Assembly (NCBI RefSeq): GCF_030028105.1
Contig: NC_092374.1
Coordinates: 90,424,491-90,488,490, forward strand
DNA from: Mobula birostris
Lineage: Eukaryota
Direction of reading: 5' to 3'
Length of the DNA stretch: 64,000 nucleotides
The notes beneath the pieces are model-generated. The model was not told the DNA's origin, ran no database searches, and saw only the letters and a program-made list of their open reading frames with translations. How positions within the stretch are numbered: position 1 is the stretch's first letter; the number at the start of each line of letters is the position of its first letter. Position numbers and translations under genes: made by a program. Positions 25,951 to 39,060 of this stretch are shown here, piece after piece.

Positions 25951-27160
25951 GTGAGAGGGGTTACAGCGGGATGGTCTGGGGCGCTAGGGAGGTTGTTGTG
26001 CAGGCGTGGAAACCGACAGGATGGGTCGTGTGGCTTTATACTTCCAGTCAAGATCAGGTTTCGGGTTTAACAGCCGTAAAACGTGGGATATATGAACTCC
26101 GAAGAATTTGCTGGAAAAACTTGGTGGGTCGGCTAGCACCTCTGGAATGAGAGAAACAGAGGGTGAAAGTCCCTGTTGCTCTCTCCCGTAACTTTCTTCT
26201 ATTGTACTTGGTAAGGACCAAGCGATTTAACAGTTTCAAAACCTCCTTGTAACGTAAAAATACTCCTGGAGTAGCACTGTCGTTATTCCGGAGCTCACTA
26301 CCTCCCACGATCTCGTCCGCGGTAAACTCGGAGGAGAAGTGTTCAAAATCAGTTTCGGCATCACTACCTATATGGCGCAAAATTTGAAGTTTCAGGCCAT
26401 GTTGGTGATGGGTGCGGCAAGTTCAGGAAACCTTCATCCACCAGAGGCCTGAAACCCACGTAGATAACTTCACTCACCTCAACTCTGATTACGTTCCACA
26501 ACCTACGGAATTCCATAACTCGTACTCTTAGTTATTTACTTATTTATCATTACATTGGCACAGATTGTCTTCTTTTGCACATTGGTTGTCAGTCTTTGTA
26601 GTTTTTCTGTATCTGCTTGTTCTGTGAATGCCTGCAAGAAAATGGACCTCAGGGTAGTATAGTATATGGTGACATATATATTCTTATAGGTCACATATGT
26701 TTGTCACTATATACTACCTCGAGATTCATTTACTCGAGTGTGTTTATTCTGAACTTTGAAGATGTCCTGAATTGGAAGGGTGCGAAAGGATACCCTCCAA
26801 GTCATCACTCACCTACAGATGTAACCTCTGCCCAGCATCCTCTTAACAATCAAATTCAAGGTTTATTCTTATGAACCAAAATTCATTGTTTTGTGGCAGC
26901 AGTCAGTGCAAAGATGTAAAATTACTATAAATTACAGAGATTAGTGCTGAAGAGAAATAACAAGGTAGTTTTCATGGAGTGTTCAGAAATCTGATGGCAG
27001 AGGGGCAGAAGATGTCCTTAAAACATCAAGTGAGGGTCTTAAAGCTCTTGTACTACTCCCATAATGGTAGATGCATGAAAAGCACATGTCCTGGATAGTG
27101 AGGGCCTTTAATTATAGATGCTGCCTTCTTGAATGTGTCCTTGATGGCAGAGAGACCTAA

Positions 27161-27870
27161 GGCTGATTTATACTTGTGTGTACTAGTTTACGCCGCAGCC
27201 TACGCAAGTGGGCTACGCCGTTGTGAGCATTTATACTTGTGCGTTGGTGTGTCTGTGTCGTTTTGCAATTCACCGCCCAAATGCTAGTTGGCAGTGGGGT
27301 TTCTATGCCACTGTGTTGAGTTTCTTCGTGTTGAAACTCAACACAAAGAAACTCAAACTTCAAACAATGGCAGTTGAAACTGAAGGAGGGTGAATTTTCT
27401 GTGCTTGTCCAGCCACTGAGAGACATGGACGAGGAAATGCATTTCAGATATTTTCGGATGTCAGCAGGTAGGTTTGACGATTTGGTTCATCGTCTCCAAC
27501 CATTTATTTCGCATCAGTGTATGTACAGTATACTCAGAGAATGGCAATCACCATTCGAGTTTTAGCTTCAGGTGGAAGTCAACAGGCTGTAGCAGTTAGC
27601 TACAAACTGGCATCAAGCTCAGGGTCCTCCGTAATTTTGGAGATCTGTAAAGCTTGATGGAAAGCATTGCAGTCAGAGTTCCTTCCCTGCCCTTCAGTTG
27701 CCCAATGGGACGCTATTGCAGCGTAGGAGGAAATGTGATGCTACCAAGCGGACCAATCATAGTTGTGGTCTGCGACGCCACGATGCATAGTTACATTTTG
27801 GGAGAGGTGTGCATAGGCTACAGCGTAGGGTTCGCGGCTACAGCGTACATTTGATGCATAAGTATAGACT
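27161..27870 (+). mobile_element. PIF/Harbinger non-autonomous element with transposase remnant
   Basis: TAA flank; TIR ggctgatttatacttg / cataagtatagact; [16 protein letters not shown] and [13 protein letters not shown]. Confidence 0.8.
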
Positions 27871-29255
27871 TTAAGCCCATGATGGAACTGGCTAAGTCTA
27901 CAGACCTCTGCAACTTTTTGCAATCCTGTGCACTAGGAATCCCATACCATGTGCTGATGGAAGCAGTCAGAATGCTCTCCACTATACATTTATAGAATGT
28001 TATTAGACGTTGATGATATACCAAATCTTGTTAAACTCCTAATGAATTGCCTAGAGTTGGGGGAGGTAAGGGAGGTCTTTAATAAATACCGTACTCCAAT
28101 GTTCACCACAAAGAGGATCTTGTAGCGCACAACAATTAACTGAGTGGATCAGTCATAAACAAGAGAAAATTTGCAGTTGCTGGAAGGCCAAGCAACACAC
28201 ACAAAGTGTTGGAGGAACTCAGCAGGCCAGGCAGCATCTATGGAAAACAATATAGTTGATGTTTCAGGCCAAGACTGAAGAGACTGCCCAAGACGTCGAC
28301 TATACTTTTTTTCCCACAGGTGCTGCCTGGCCAGCTGAGTTGCTCCAGCACTTTGTGTGTGCTGGGTGGATCAATCAAAAGCACATTTATTTGACTTGCT
28401 GCAAGGGAAGACTAGCGCTGCACAAGAGCCAGTGATAGCTTCAAAAAAAAAGTCACAACAGATAAAACAGTTCAAGGACAGGGTATATTCTGTTATTGTA
28501 TTTTGGCATTCTTCTAGTAATGCATCTGTGGGTCTACAATTTGTCAAGAACTTGGGCTCTATCAGCATAATGTTGCACAAAAACTATTAGTAAACCACTC
28601 TGGTACAATAAAGGTCCCATTTTGTTGCAGATAGAAATGCCATTTTGTTACTACAAATAAAGTGGATTTCCACATTCCATCTTTTTGTCATTTCATGACA
28701 GACTACATTTCACTAAATAACTACTTGAAACATACAGATATTTGGATATAAAGCAACGATGTTTAAAAACCCTACACAAAATTCCATTTTCACCTGTCCA
28801 CTTAAAAGACTAACAACCATTATTAAGCAACACACACACACAAAATGCTGGAGGAACTCAGCAGGCCAGGCATCATCTATGGAAAATAGCTCAGTGGACG
28901 TTTTGGGCCCGAGTCCCTTTGGCAGGACTGGAGAGAAAGAAAAAGATGAGAAAATTTAAAAGGTGGGGGGAGGGGAGAGAGAAACACAAGGTGATAGATG
29001 AAACCGGGAGGGGGAGAGATGAAGTAAAACGTTGAGAAGTTTACAGGGCTGGAGAAAGGGGAATCTCATAGGAGAAGATAGAAGGCCATGGAAGAAAGGA
29101 AATGGGGAGGAGCACCAGAGGGAAGTGATGGGCTGGCAAGGAGATAAGAGGGAGAAAATGGGATGGGGAATTGGGGGGGGTGGGGCATTACCAGAAGTTC
29201 GAGAGATTGATATTCATGACATCAAGTTGGAGGCTACCCAAATGGAATATATAGA

Positions 29256-29556
29256 GGCATCCATTAGTCCTGCGAGACCATGGATGTGCACCTGGAAAGT
29301 CTTCACTCTCCAGGGCGCAGGCCTGAGCAAGGTTGTATGGAAGACCAGCAGTTGCCCATGCTGCAAGTCTCCCCTCTCCATGACACCGATGTTGTTCAAG
29401 GGAAGGGCAAGGGCCGATACAGCTTGGCACCAGTGTCGACGCACTGTGTGGTTAAGTGCCTTGCTCAAGGACACAACACGCTGCCTCGGCTGGGACTCGA
29501 ACTCACGATCTTCAGATCACTAGTTGAATGCCTTAACCACCTGGCCACGTGCCCAC
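29256..29556 (-). mobile_element. tRNA-headed SINE family B (CORE-like centre)
   Basis: A box tggccaggtggttaa, B box gagttcgagtc, gtgtccttgagcaaggcacttaa; TSD tggaatata. Confidence 0.85.
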
Positions 29557-30418
29557 ACTGGAATATATGGTGTTCCTCCAACCTGAGTGTGGCCTTATCG
29601 AGACAGTAGAGGAGGCCATGGATTGACATATCAGAATGGGAATGAGAAGTGGAATTAAATGAGCGGCCACTGGGAGATCCTGCTTCTTCTGGCAGTAAGT
29701 GCTCGGCGAAATGGTCTCCTGATGTACGTTGGGTCTCACCAATATATAAAAAGCTGCACCAGACACAGTACATGTCCTCAACAGACTCACGGAGGAATTC
29801 TCGCCTCACCTGGAAGGACTGTTTGGGGCCCTGAATGGTAGTGACGAAGGAGGTGTAGCACTTGTTCCACTTGATCAGTGGGGAGGGAACGATCCCTGCG
29901 GAAAGCAGGAAGTGGGGGTGGGGGGGATGTGCTTGGAGGTGGGATAGCATTGGGGATGGTGGCAATTCCAGAGAGTTAGGCGCTGGACGCAGAGGCTGGT
30001 GGGGGTGGTAGATGAGGACAAGAGGAACCCTATCCCTGGTAGGGTGGGGTAAGAGCAGACATGCGTGAGATGGAAGAGATGAGGTTGAAGGCACAGTTGA
30101 TGGTGGAGGAAGGGAAACCTCATCCTGAGAGCAGATGCGGTGGAGAAGGAGGAATTGAGAGAAGGGGGTGGCATTTTCACAAGTAACAGGGTGGGAAGAG
30201 GTATTGCCGAGGTAGCAATGCGAGTCCATAATAGACATTAGTAGGTAAGCTGTTTCCAGAGATTGAGAATGGGGAGGGGGGTGTCGGAAATGGAACCGGT
30301 AAATTTGAGGGCAGGGTGGAAGTTGGAGGCAAAGTGATGAGCTCCTCATGGGAGCAGGAAACAGCACCAGTGCAGTCGTCGATGTTGCGTAGGAAAAATG
30401 GGGGCAGACACCACTGTA

Positions 30419-32982
30419 TTTTTTTTTATTTCAAAATATACTTTATTCAAAAATAAATATATACAATAAACCATTCAATAACTTTTCATCCTTTACATAC
30501 GTTTCCATTATAGTCAGTACATATCCGTATTTATAGCCACCCACGTGGCACTCCAGTAGTTCAGCTTACCATATCATTGTTGAGGGGTACACTCCCCGCC
30601 CACCGACCCCTCCCACTCCCACGGGTGGAGAAACCTATACTGTGGTCCTTCCCCACCGGGCCCTTGCGGTGGCTGCACCGAGTTTCAGTGCGTCCCTCAG
30701 CACGTACTCCTGCAACCGAGAATGTGCCAGTCGGCAGCATTCTCCCACGGACATCTCCATGTGCTGGTAGATCATCAAGTTTCGGGCTGACCAAAGAGTG
30801 TCTTTCACCGAGTTGATGATCTGCCAGCAGCACTGGATGTTGGTCTCCGTGTGCGTCCCCGGGAACAGCCCGTAGATCAGAGAGTCGTCTGTTACGCAGC
30901 TGCTGGGGATAAAACGTGACACTAGCCCGTCCATCCTCCTCCACACCCTCTTTGCGAACTGGCAGTGTGCAAAGAGGTGGGTCAAAGACCTCCTCACTGC
31001 AGTCCTCCCGTGGGCAGTGGGGTGCGGAGACGATGTTCCGAGCGTACAGGAGGGCTCTGACTGGGAGGGCCCCTCTCACCGCCAGCCAGGCGAGGTCTTG
31101 GTGCCTGTTGGTGAGATATGGCGATGAGGCATTTTGCCAGATGAACTGGACAGTCTGCTCAGGGAACCACCCCACTGTGTCCATCACGTCCTTCTCCTGC
31201 AGTGCCTGCAAGATACTACGTGCCGACCACTGCCTGATGGCTCTGTGGTCAAAGGCGTTCTCCTGGAAGAACTTTGCTATGTAGGACAGGTATGCCGGCA
31301 ACGACCAGCTGACTGGGGCGTTGCGCGGGAGTGGGACCAGACCCATCCTTCATAGCCAGGGTGACAGGTAGAACCTGGGCACATAGTGGTACTTGGTGCC
31401 CACATACCTGGGTTCTACACACAACCTGATGCAGCCACACACAAAGCTGGCCATCAGGGTGAGGGCGACATTGGGGACATTCTTGCCCCCGTTGTCCAGG
31501 GACTTGTGCATGACGGTCCGTCTCACCCGCTCCATCTTGGATCCCCAGATGAATCTGAAGACGGCTCGGGTGATTCCCAAGCTGTAGGAGCGGGGGACGG
31601 GCCAGACCTGCGCCAAGTACAGCAGCCCTGAGAGCACCTCACACCTGATGACCAGGTTCTTGCCCGTTATCGACAGGGAGCACCCTCCCCACAGTCCCAG
31701 TTTCTGTTTCACCTTGGCAGTCCGCTCCTGCCAGTTCGTGTTGCACGCCTCAGCCCCTCCGAACCAGATCCCCAACACCTTCATGTGGTCAGACCTGATG
31801 ATGAAGGGGACACTGGATCTGTAGTGCCAGTTGCCGAAGAGCATGGCTTCGCTTTTCGTGCGGTTGACCCTGGCCCCCGACGCTAGCTCGAACTGTTCAC
31901 AGGTGCCAATCAACCTGCGAACTGACCTCGGATCAGAGCAGAAGACGGTGACGTCGTCCATGTACAGGGAGGTTTTCACTTGGATCCCTCCACTGCCTGG
32001 CAGCGTCACCCCTCTTATGCCCTCATCCCTCCTGATGGCTTCCGCAAAGGGTTCTATGCAGCAGACAAACAAGACAGGGGAGGGGGGACAGCCCTGCCTG
32101 ACTCCAGACCTGATGGGGAAGCTGTCTGTTTCCCACCCGTTGACCTGGACTGCACTACGGATGTCTGTGTAGAGCAGTCTAATCCAATTCCAGATTCTCT
32201 CCCCAAATCCCATTTTGGAGAGCACGTCCGCCATGTACGTGTGCGATATTCTGTCGAAGGCTTTCTCCTGGTCCAAGTTGACCAGGCAGGTGTCCACCCC
32301 CCCCCCCCCCCCTGTCCTGCACGTAGGCGATGGTGTCCCTCAGCAGCGCGAGGCTGTCTGAGATCTTCCTGCCCGGTACAGCACAGGTTTGGTCTGGGTG
32401 GATCACCTGTCCTAGAGCAGACTTGACCCTGTTGGCGATAGCCTTGGACAGGATCTTGTAATCCACATTCAGGAGAGAGATGGGTCTCCAATTTCTAATG
32501 TCCTCCCTTTCCCCCTTCTGCTTGTAGATGAGGGTGATGATGCCCTTCCTCATGAACTCAGACATACTGCCGCCAGAAGCATAGCGTTGTACACTTCCAG
32601 CAGGTCTGGGCCCATCCAGTTCCACAGAGCCGAGTACAACTCAGCCGGTAAGCCGTCACTTCCGGGAGTCTTACCCAACCCAAAGGAACGGATGGAGCCT
32701 GTCAGCTCATCCAGGGTCAGTGGCTGATCCAGACTCTCCCGCTTGCCGTCGTCTAAGACCTGCGTGATAGACGACAAGAAGTTGCGGGAGGCTGTGGATT
32801 CTGTGGCCTTTTCATCGTACAGACCGGCATGGAAGGACTTGCAGATCCTCAGTATGTCAGTCTGTGAGGACGCGACTGAGCGGTCCTCTTCCTTAAGGTT
32901 GTGGATCACAGAGCTCCCCCGTGCACCTTTTGGAAGAAGAAGCGTGAGCACGTCTCGTCCTGCTCCACGGTTTGGACCGATT
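30419..32982 (-). mobile_element. Tx1-clade (L1 group) non-LTR retrotransposon, 5'-truncated ORF2
   Basis: NWRPISLLNVDYKILSK, LDQEKAFDRISH, GVRQGCP.SP, YMDDV, C-terminal CPREDC..HLFAHC knuckle; poly(A) at 30419; TSD ggcagaca(cca)ctgta; a few frameshifts and one stop. Confidence 0.93.
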
Positions 32983-34742
32983 GGCAGACACTGTAAGCTT
33001 GGAACATAGACTGTTCCGTGTAGCTGACAAAAAGGCAGGCATAGCTGGGACCGATGTGAGTGCCCATGGCTACACCTTTAGTTTGAAGGAAGTGGGGGGA
33101 AGAGATATAGAACTACTGTACTCCCATCCAACCTGTAGAAAAAGCCTGGGCCTGCTTACATTTACCCTGTCTATACACCTCATCATTTTGTTTATCTCTA
33201 TCAAATCACCTCTCAAATCCTCTACATTTTAATAAATTAAGATCCGACCTATTCACTCTTACCTTATAACTCAGGTAATCCAGATCCAGCAACATCCTTG
33301 TAAATTTTCCCTGTACACTTTCAACCTTATTTATATCCCTCCTGTAGGTAGGTGACGAAAACTGCACACAATACTCCAAACTAGGCCTCACCACCAAAAT
33401 CTTGTAGAATTTCAAAGTACCATCTCTGGTACTTAATACTGTATTTTCATTTATGAAGGCCAATGTGCTAAAAGCTTTCTTAACAACCCTATCTACCTGT
33501 GACACTACTTTTAATGAACTATGGACCTATATTCCTAGATCCAATCTACTGCACTCTGGCCCTACAGTTCACTGTGTAAGACTTGCCCTGGTTGGTCCTA
33601 CTGAAATGCAACACCTCTCAGTTGTTTGCATTAAAATCCATCTGCCATTTTTCAGCCATTTTCCAGCGGATCCAGATCCATCTGCAAGCCATGGTAGCCT
33701 TCCTCACTGTCCACTACACTGCCAATCTTGGTGTCATCTGCAAACTTGGTGATCCAGTTAACCACATTACCATCCAGATCATTGATATAGATGACAAACA
33801 ACAAAGGACCTAGCACCAATCCCTGCAGCACTCCTCTTGTCATAGGCCTCCAGTTAGAGAGGCATCCATCTACTACCATCCTCTGGTTTCTCCCACAAAG
33901 CCAATGTCTATCCCAATTTACTAACTCATCTTAAATGCAGAGAGTCTGAATCTTCTTAACCAACCTTCCATGCGCATTCCTTGTCAAAATGCCTTGCCTT
34001 CATCAACTTTTCTGGTAACTTCCTCAAAAAAGTCTTTAAGAACTACCACATACAACTTTACTTCAATCAGTCCATGTCTATCCAAATACTTACATATCCG
34101 GTCCCTTAGAATACCTTCCAATAACTTTCTCAGTGCTGATGTCAGGCTCACCAGCCTATAATTTCCTGGTTTATGTTTAGAGCCTTTCTTAAAGAATGCA
34201 ATAATATTGGCTATCCTCCATTCCTCTGGTACTTCTCCTGTCACTAAGGATAATTTAAGTATCTCTCCTGGGGCCCTGGCAATTTCTGTACTTACCCACA
34301 GGGTCCAAGGACCTCAGGACAGCAAACACCTTCTCCTCTGTAATCTGTATAGGGTCCATGACCTCACTGCTGCTTTGCCTCACTTTTATAGACCCTGTGT
34401 CCGTGTCCTGAGTAAATACAGGTGCAAAAAATTTATTTAAGATCTCCTCTATCTCTTCTGGTTCTGCACATAGATTATCATTCTTATCTCCCAGAAGACA
34501 AATTCTGTCCCTTATGATCAGTTTGCCCTTAATGTATCTGTAGAATTCCTCGGGATTCTCCTCCACGTTTGCTGCTAGGACAAACTCATGCCTTTTTTAG
34601 CCCTCCTGATTTCTTAAGTGTTCTCTTGCATTTCTCACACTCCATAAGCACCTCATTTGTTCCTACCTTCCTGTATCTGCTATGCACCTTTTTTTTCTTA
34701 ACCAGGGTCTCTATATCGCTTGAAAACCAAGGCTCTCTACAC

Positions 34743-35318
34743 CAGGGGTCCCCAACCGTATTTGCACCGCAGACCGGCCGACGGGGGTGGGGTTTCAAGT
34801 AGGGTTGCCAACTTTCTCACTCCCAAATAAGGGACAAAAGTAGCAGTCAAATACGGGACACTCGTGTTTACCCCGAGAGAGACTATCATGACCATGAAGC
34901 CTTGTGCGGGCACCTGCGTGCGCATGCGTGACGCGCGCATACGTGACGTGTGCGTGCCGATTTTTTTCTCCACAACACACATAAAAGTTGCTGGTGAACG
35001 CAGCGCGCCAGGCAGCATCTCTAGGAAGAGGTACAGTCGATGTTTCGGGCCGAGACCCTTCGTCAGGACCCTTCGATTTGTTTTTCTCCACAATCGGTTT
35101 TGGCTTAATCTTCCCGATTCTGTTAAGTGAAACTACACTGTACATACATTATTTCTACTTTATATAGGCTGTGTATTTATCATTCCTGCTTTTACTATAC
35201 GTTAGTGTTATTTTAGGTTTTATGTGTTATTTGGTAGGTTATTTCAAGTTCAACAGTGCGTGACAGGGAATGAGGAAAGGTGCAGCTGACTCATCAGCCC
35301 GGTGGTTGAGGACCACTG
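34743..35318. mobile_element. hAT MITE containing further insertions
   Basis: TIR caggggtccccaacc / ggttgaggaccactg; 8-bp flanks ctctacac / ccctgcac (6 of 8 match). Confidence 0.7.
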
Positions 35319-35373
35319 CCCTGCACTTGTTAGCTTTTCTGACAGGCACATACAGGCTTTGTACTCTCAAATG

Positions 35374-36575
35374 ACACACATCAAAGTTGCTGGTGAACGC
35401 AGCAGGCCAGGCAGCATCTCTGTGAAGAGGTACAGTCGACGTTTCGGGCCGAGACCCTTCGTCAGGACTAACTGAAGGAAGAGCTAGTAAGAGATTTAAA
35501 AAGGGGAGGGGGAGATCCGAAATGATAGGAGAAGACAGGAGGGGGAGGGATGGAGCCAAGAGCTGGACAGGTGATAGGCAAAGGGGGATACGAGAGGATC
35601 ATGGGACAGGAGGTCCGGGGAGAAAGACAAGGGGGGGGAACCCAGAGGATGGGCAAGGGGTATAGTCAGAGGGACAGAGGGAGAAAAGGAGAGAGAGAGA
35701 AAGAATGTGTGTATATAAATAAGTAACAGATGGGGTACGAGGGGGAGGTGGGGCATTAGCGGAAGTTAGAGAAGTTGATGTTCATGCCATCAGGTTGGAG
35801 GCTACCCAGACGGAATATAAGGTGTTGTTCCTCCAACCTGAGTGTGGCTTCATCTTTACAGTAGAGGAGGCCGTGGATAGACATGTCAGAATGGGAATGG
35901 GATGTGGAATTAAAATGTGTGGCCACTGAGAGGTCCTGCTTTCTCTGGCGGACAGAGCGTAGATGTTCAGCAAAGCGGTCTCCCAGTCTGCGTCGGGTCT
36001 TGCCAATATATAGAAGGCCACATCGGGAGCACCGGACGCAGTATATCACCCCAGCCGACTCACAGGTGAAGTGTTGCCTCACCTGGAAGGACTGTCTGGG
36101 GCCCTGAATGGTGGTAAGGGAGGAAGTGTAAGGGCATGTGTAGCACTTGTTCCGCTTACAAGGATAAGTGCCAGGAGGGAGATCGGTGGGGAGGGATGGG
36201 GGGGAGGAATGGACAAGGGAGTCGCGTATGGAGCGATCCCAGCGGAAAGCAGAGAGGGGGGAAAGGGAAGGATGTGCTTAGTGGTGGGATCCTGTTGGAG
36301 GTGGCGGAAGTTATGGAGAATAATATGTTGGACCCGGAGGCTGGTGGGGTGGTAGGTGAGGACCAGGGGAACCCTGTTCCTAGTGGGGTGACGGGAGGAT
36401 GGAATGAGAGCAGATGTGCGTCAAATGGAGGAAATGCATTTAAGAGCAGAGTTGATGGTGGAGGAAGGGAAGCCCCTTTCTTTAAAAAAGGAGGACATCT
36501 CCCTCGTGCGTTCACCAGCAACTTTGATGTGTGTTGCTTGAACTTCCAGCATCTGGAGAATTCCTTGTGTTTAGG
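35374..36575 (-). mobile_element. Young 5'-truncated Penelope-like element with inverted tail
   Basis: Uninterrupted GIY-YIG frame 35756-36082 (VIYCVRC..CGLLYIGKT.RRL..RFAEH..E..LI..LGSLQPDGMN); 15-bp TSD ttgtactctcaaatg; inverted tail copy at 36508-36575. Confidence 0.92.
35434..35469 (-). ncRNA. Minimal type I hammerhead ribozyme motif
   Basis: AGTC-CTGACGA-A-GGGT(CTCG)GCCC-GAA-ACGT-C-GACT: intact core, stems I and II, palindromic stem III. Confidence 0.8.
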
Positions 36576-37199
36576 TTGTACTCTCAAATGTTTGTTTTTA
36601 AAGGCTTTCCACTTTCCAAGTACACCTTTGCCAGAAACTAGCCTTTCCCAATCCACACTTGTGAGATCATTTCTGATACGATCAAAATTCACCTTTCTCC
36701 AATTTAGAACCTGAATCTGTGAACCAGATCTATTTTCTTGCAAATTTTTTTGATGCTAATGGCATTATGATCACTAGATGCAGAGTGTTTCCCTGCACAA
36801 ACTTTTGTCATTTGCCTTGTTTCATTCCATTGTAGCAGATCAAGTATTGCAGACTATCTCATTGGGACTTCTATGTCCTGATTAAGGAAGCTTCCCTGAA
36901 CACGTTTGACAAACTATCCTATCTAGCTCTTTTATAGTATGGGTGTCCCAGTTAATATGTGGAAAGTTAAAATCACCTACTGTAACAGCTGTCTGTGATC
37001 TCTATGTAAATTTGTCCCTCTAATTCTTGCAGGCTGTTCGGTAGCTTGTAATATAACCCCATTAACATGATCATACCTTTCTCATTCGCAGTTCCACCCA
37101 TAAAGCATTCATAGACGAGTTCTCTGGTCTGCCATGACATTTTCCACGACAAGTGACATCACCCCTTCTTCTTCGGTCCCTCCCGCTCTACCACCCGGG

Positions 37200-39060
37200 A
37201 CATGCCCTTTTCTAATTGTTACCGTCAGGGAGGAGGCACAGAAGCCTGAAGGCACACACTCAGCGATTCAGGAACAGCTTCTTCCCTCTGCCGTCCAATT
37301 TTTGAATGGACATTGAACTCATAGTCACTGTCTCACTACTTTTTTATTTCTGTTTTTGCACTATTTATCTAAGTTAACTATTTAAAACATACACATATCT
37401 ATTTGCCATAATTCAGTTTTTTTTCTATATTTTATCATGAATTGCATTGTACTGCAGCTGCCAGGTTAACAAATTTCACAACATACGCCAGTGATTACTA
37501 AACCTGATTCTGAACCTTTCTGATTTTCTGCTACCTCGATGGGAAAGTTGTTGAAAGGATGTGGCCTAATGCAGGCAAATGGTATTAGTGTAAATAGGCG
37601 TCACGGTTGACACCTACCCCAGTGGGTTGAAAGGGCCCATTTCTGCGCTCCACAATTGTATGCTAACCTGGTTACTGGGTTTCAAGGTGAAGCTGTAGAT
37701 GGTACAACAGTAACCCATACTACACTCCTGCGCTGCCACAATCCAAGCTGAGCTGAGCTGGAGATGGAAAGTGGATTGCATCTCTAGGGACATGTTATGT
37801 GAAGGCCAGGAAAGGGACACAGTAAATCACAAGCACAAGAGGTTCTGCAGCTGCTGGAAATCCAGAACAACAAATTATGTGACTGCTCTATGGGTGTCCT
37901 ATAAGACTAGGAGCAGAATTAGGCCATTCAGTCCGTCAGTCTGCTGCTCCATTCCATCATGGCTGATTTATCATTCTTCTCAACCCCATTCTTCTGCCTT
38001 CTCCCTGTAATCTTTGACCCCTTCCCCCTTACTAATCAAGAATCTTGTCTACTTCACTTTAAATATACCCAATGACTGGGCTTCCATAGCCACCTGTGGT
38101 AATGTTCTGTAGAAAGTGCAGCTATACTGAACTGAGAATTTATTTTGAACATCACGCCTAGTAATTATGTTGCCGGAATATGCTAGCAGCTTGAATGGAA
38201 GTGATTTGGTGAAAGGAGCATTCTGTCTGTCTGAAACTCTATGGTAGTTTATAAATAGGGTAGGCAGTCAGGGTGTTTTATCCCCAGAATAGAAATGTCA
38301 AAAACCAGAGGGCGTGTTTTTAAGGTGAGAGTGAGAAGGTTTAAAGCAAGTGTGAGGTGCAAGTTTTGGATATGGCCCAGTCCATCACAGATAAAGTCCA
38401 TCGAGCACATCTACATGAAACGTTATCGCAGGAAAGCAGTTAATAATCATCAGGACCGCCCACCACCGAGGTCATGCTGTCTTCTCACTGTGCCTCAGGA
38501 TTTACACCACCGGGTTTAGGAACATCTGTAATCCCTCAATCATCAGGCTCGTGAACCAAAGGAGATAACTTCACTCGCCCCATTATTGAAGTGTTCCCAC
38601 AATCAATGGACTCACTTTCAAGGAACCTTCGTCTCATGTTAATGATGTGTATTGTTTATTTATTTATGTTAATTATTTCTTTCTTTTTCTATTCGCACAT
38701 TGTTGTCTTTTGCCCACCAGTTGAATGTCTAAGTTAGTGCGTTCTTTCATCGAGCCTATTGTAGTTATTTTATTATGGATTTACTGAGTGTGCCTGCAAG
38801 AAGGGTCAGGATGGGAAACAGTTTCTTCCCGTTAGGCTTCTGAACTCCCTGCCGCATCACGTTTGAAGTGTCACCAGTTAATCTGTTCTGAACCTTACAA
38901 TATTTAATTTATGCCCTTTACTTTGTTTATTTATGCATAATTCATCTGTAGGTTTTATCCTAACTTTCCTAAGTTACTGTGTGTTATGTGTACAATTGTG
39001 CTTTACGCCGTGGTTCGGAGAAATGTCATCTCGTTTGACAGTATACGTGTATATACTTAA
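37200..39060 (+). mobile_element. Cluster of Rex1-like 3' fragments and a CR1 3' piece (minus, ~37900-38110)
   Basis: gattcaggaacagcttcttccc... tails; aggagcagaattaggccattca. Confidence 0.6.

Larger units (their letters stand above)
28826..33125 (-). mobile_element. Penelope-like element (RT + GIY-YIG, degenerate) hosting a SINE and a Tx1 insertion
   Basis: GVAMGTHIGPSYACLF (~33075-33030), FLRNIDDC (~30395-30370), FLYIGETQR..GDHFAEH (~29750), hammerhead-type tail ~28885-28930. Confidence 0.85.
33200..37130 (-). mobile_element. Long CR1 fragment with nested hAT MITE and Penelope insertions
   Basis: GVLQGLVLGPLLFVIYINDLD..KFADDTKIG (33652-33879); KPGNYRLVSLTS; FYRYIKGK. Confidence 0.88.

Noticed and set aside
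26054-26380. 108-aa minus-strand ORF
   Set aside because: Non-ATG start, no recognised homology, no convincing splice signals.
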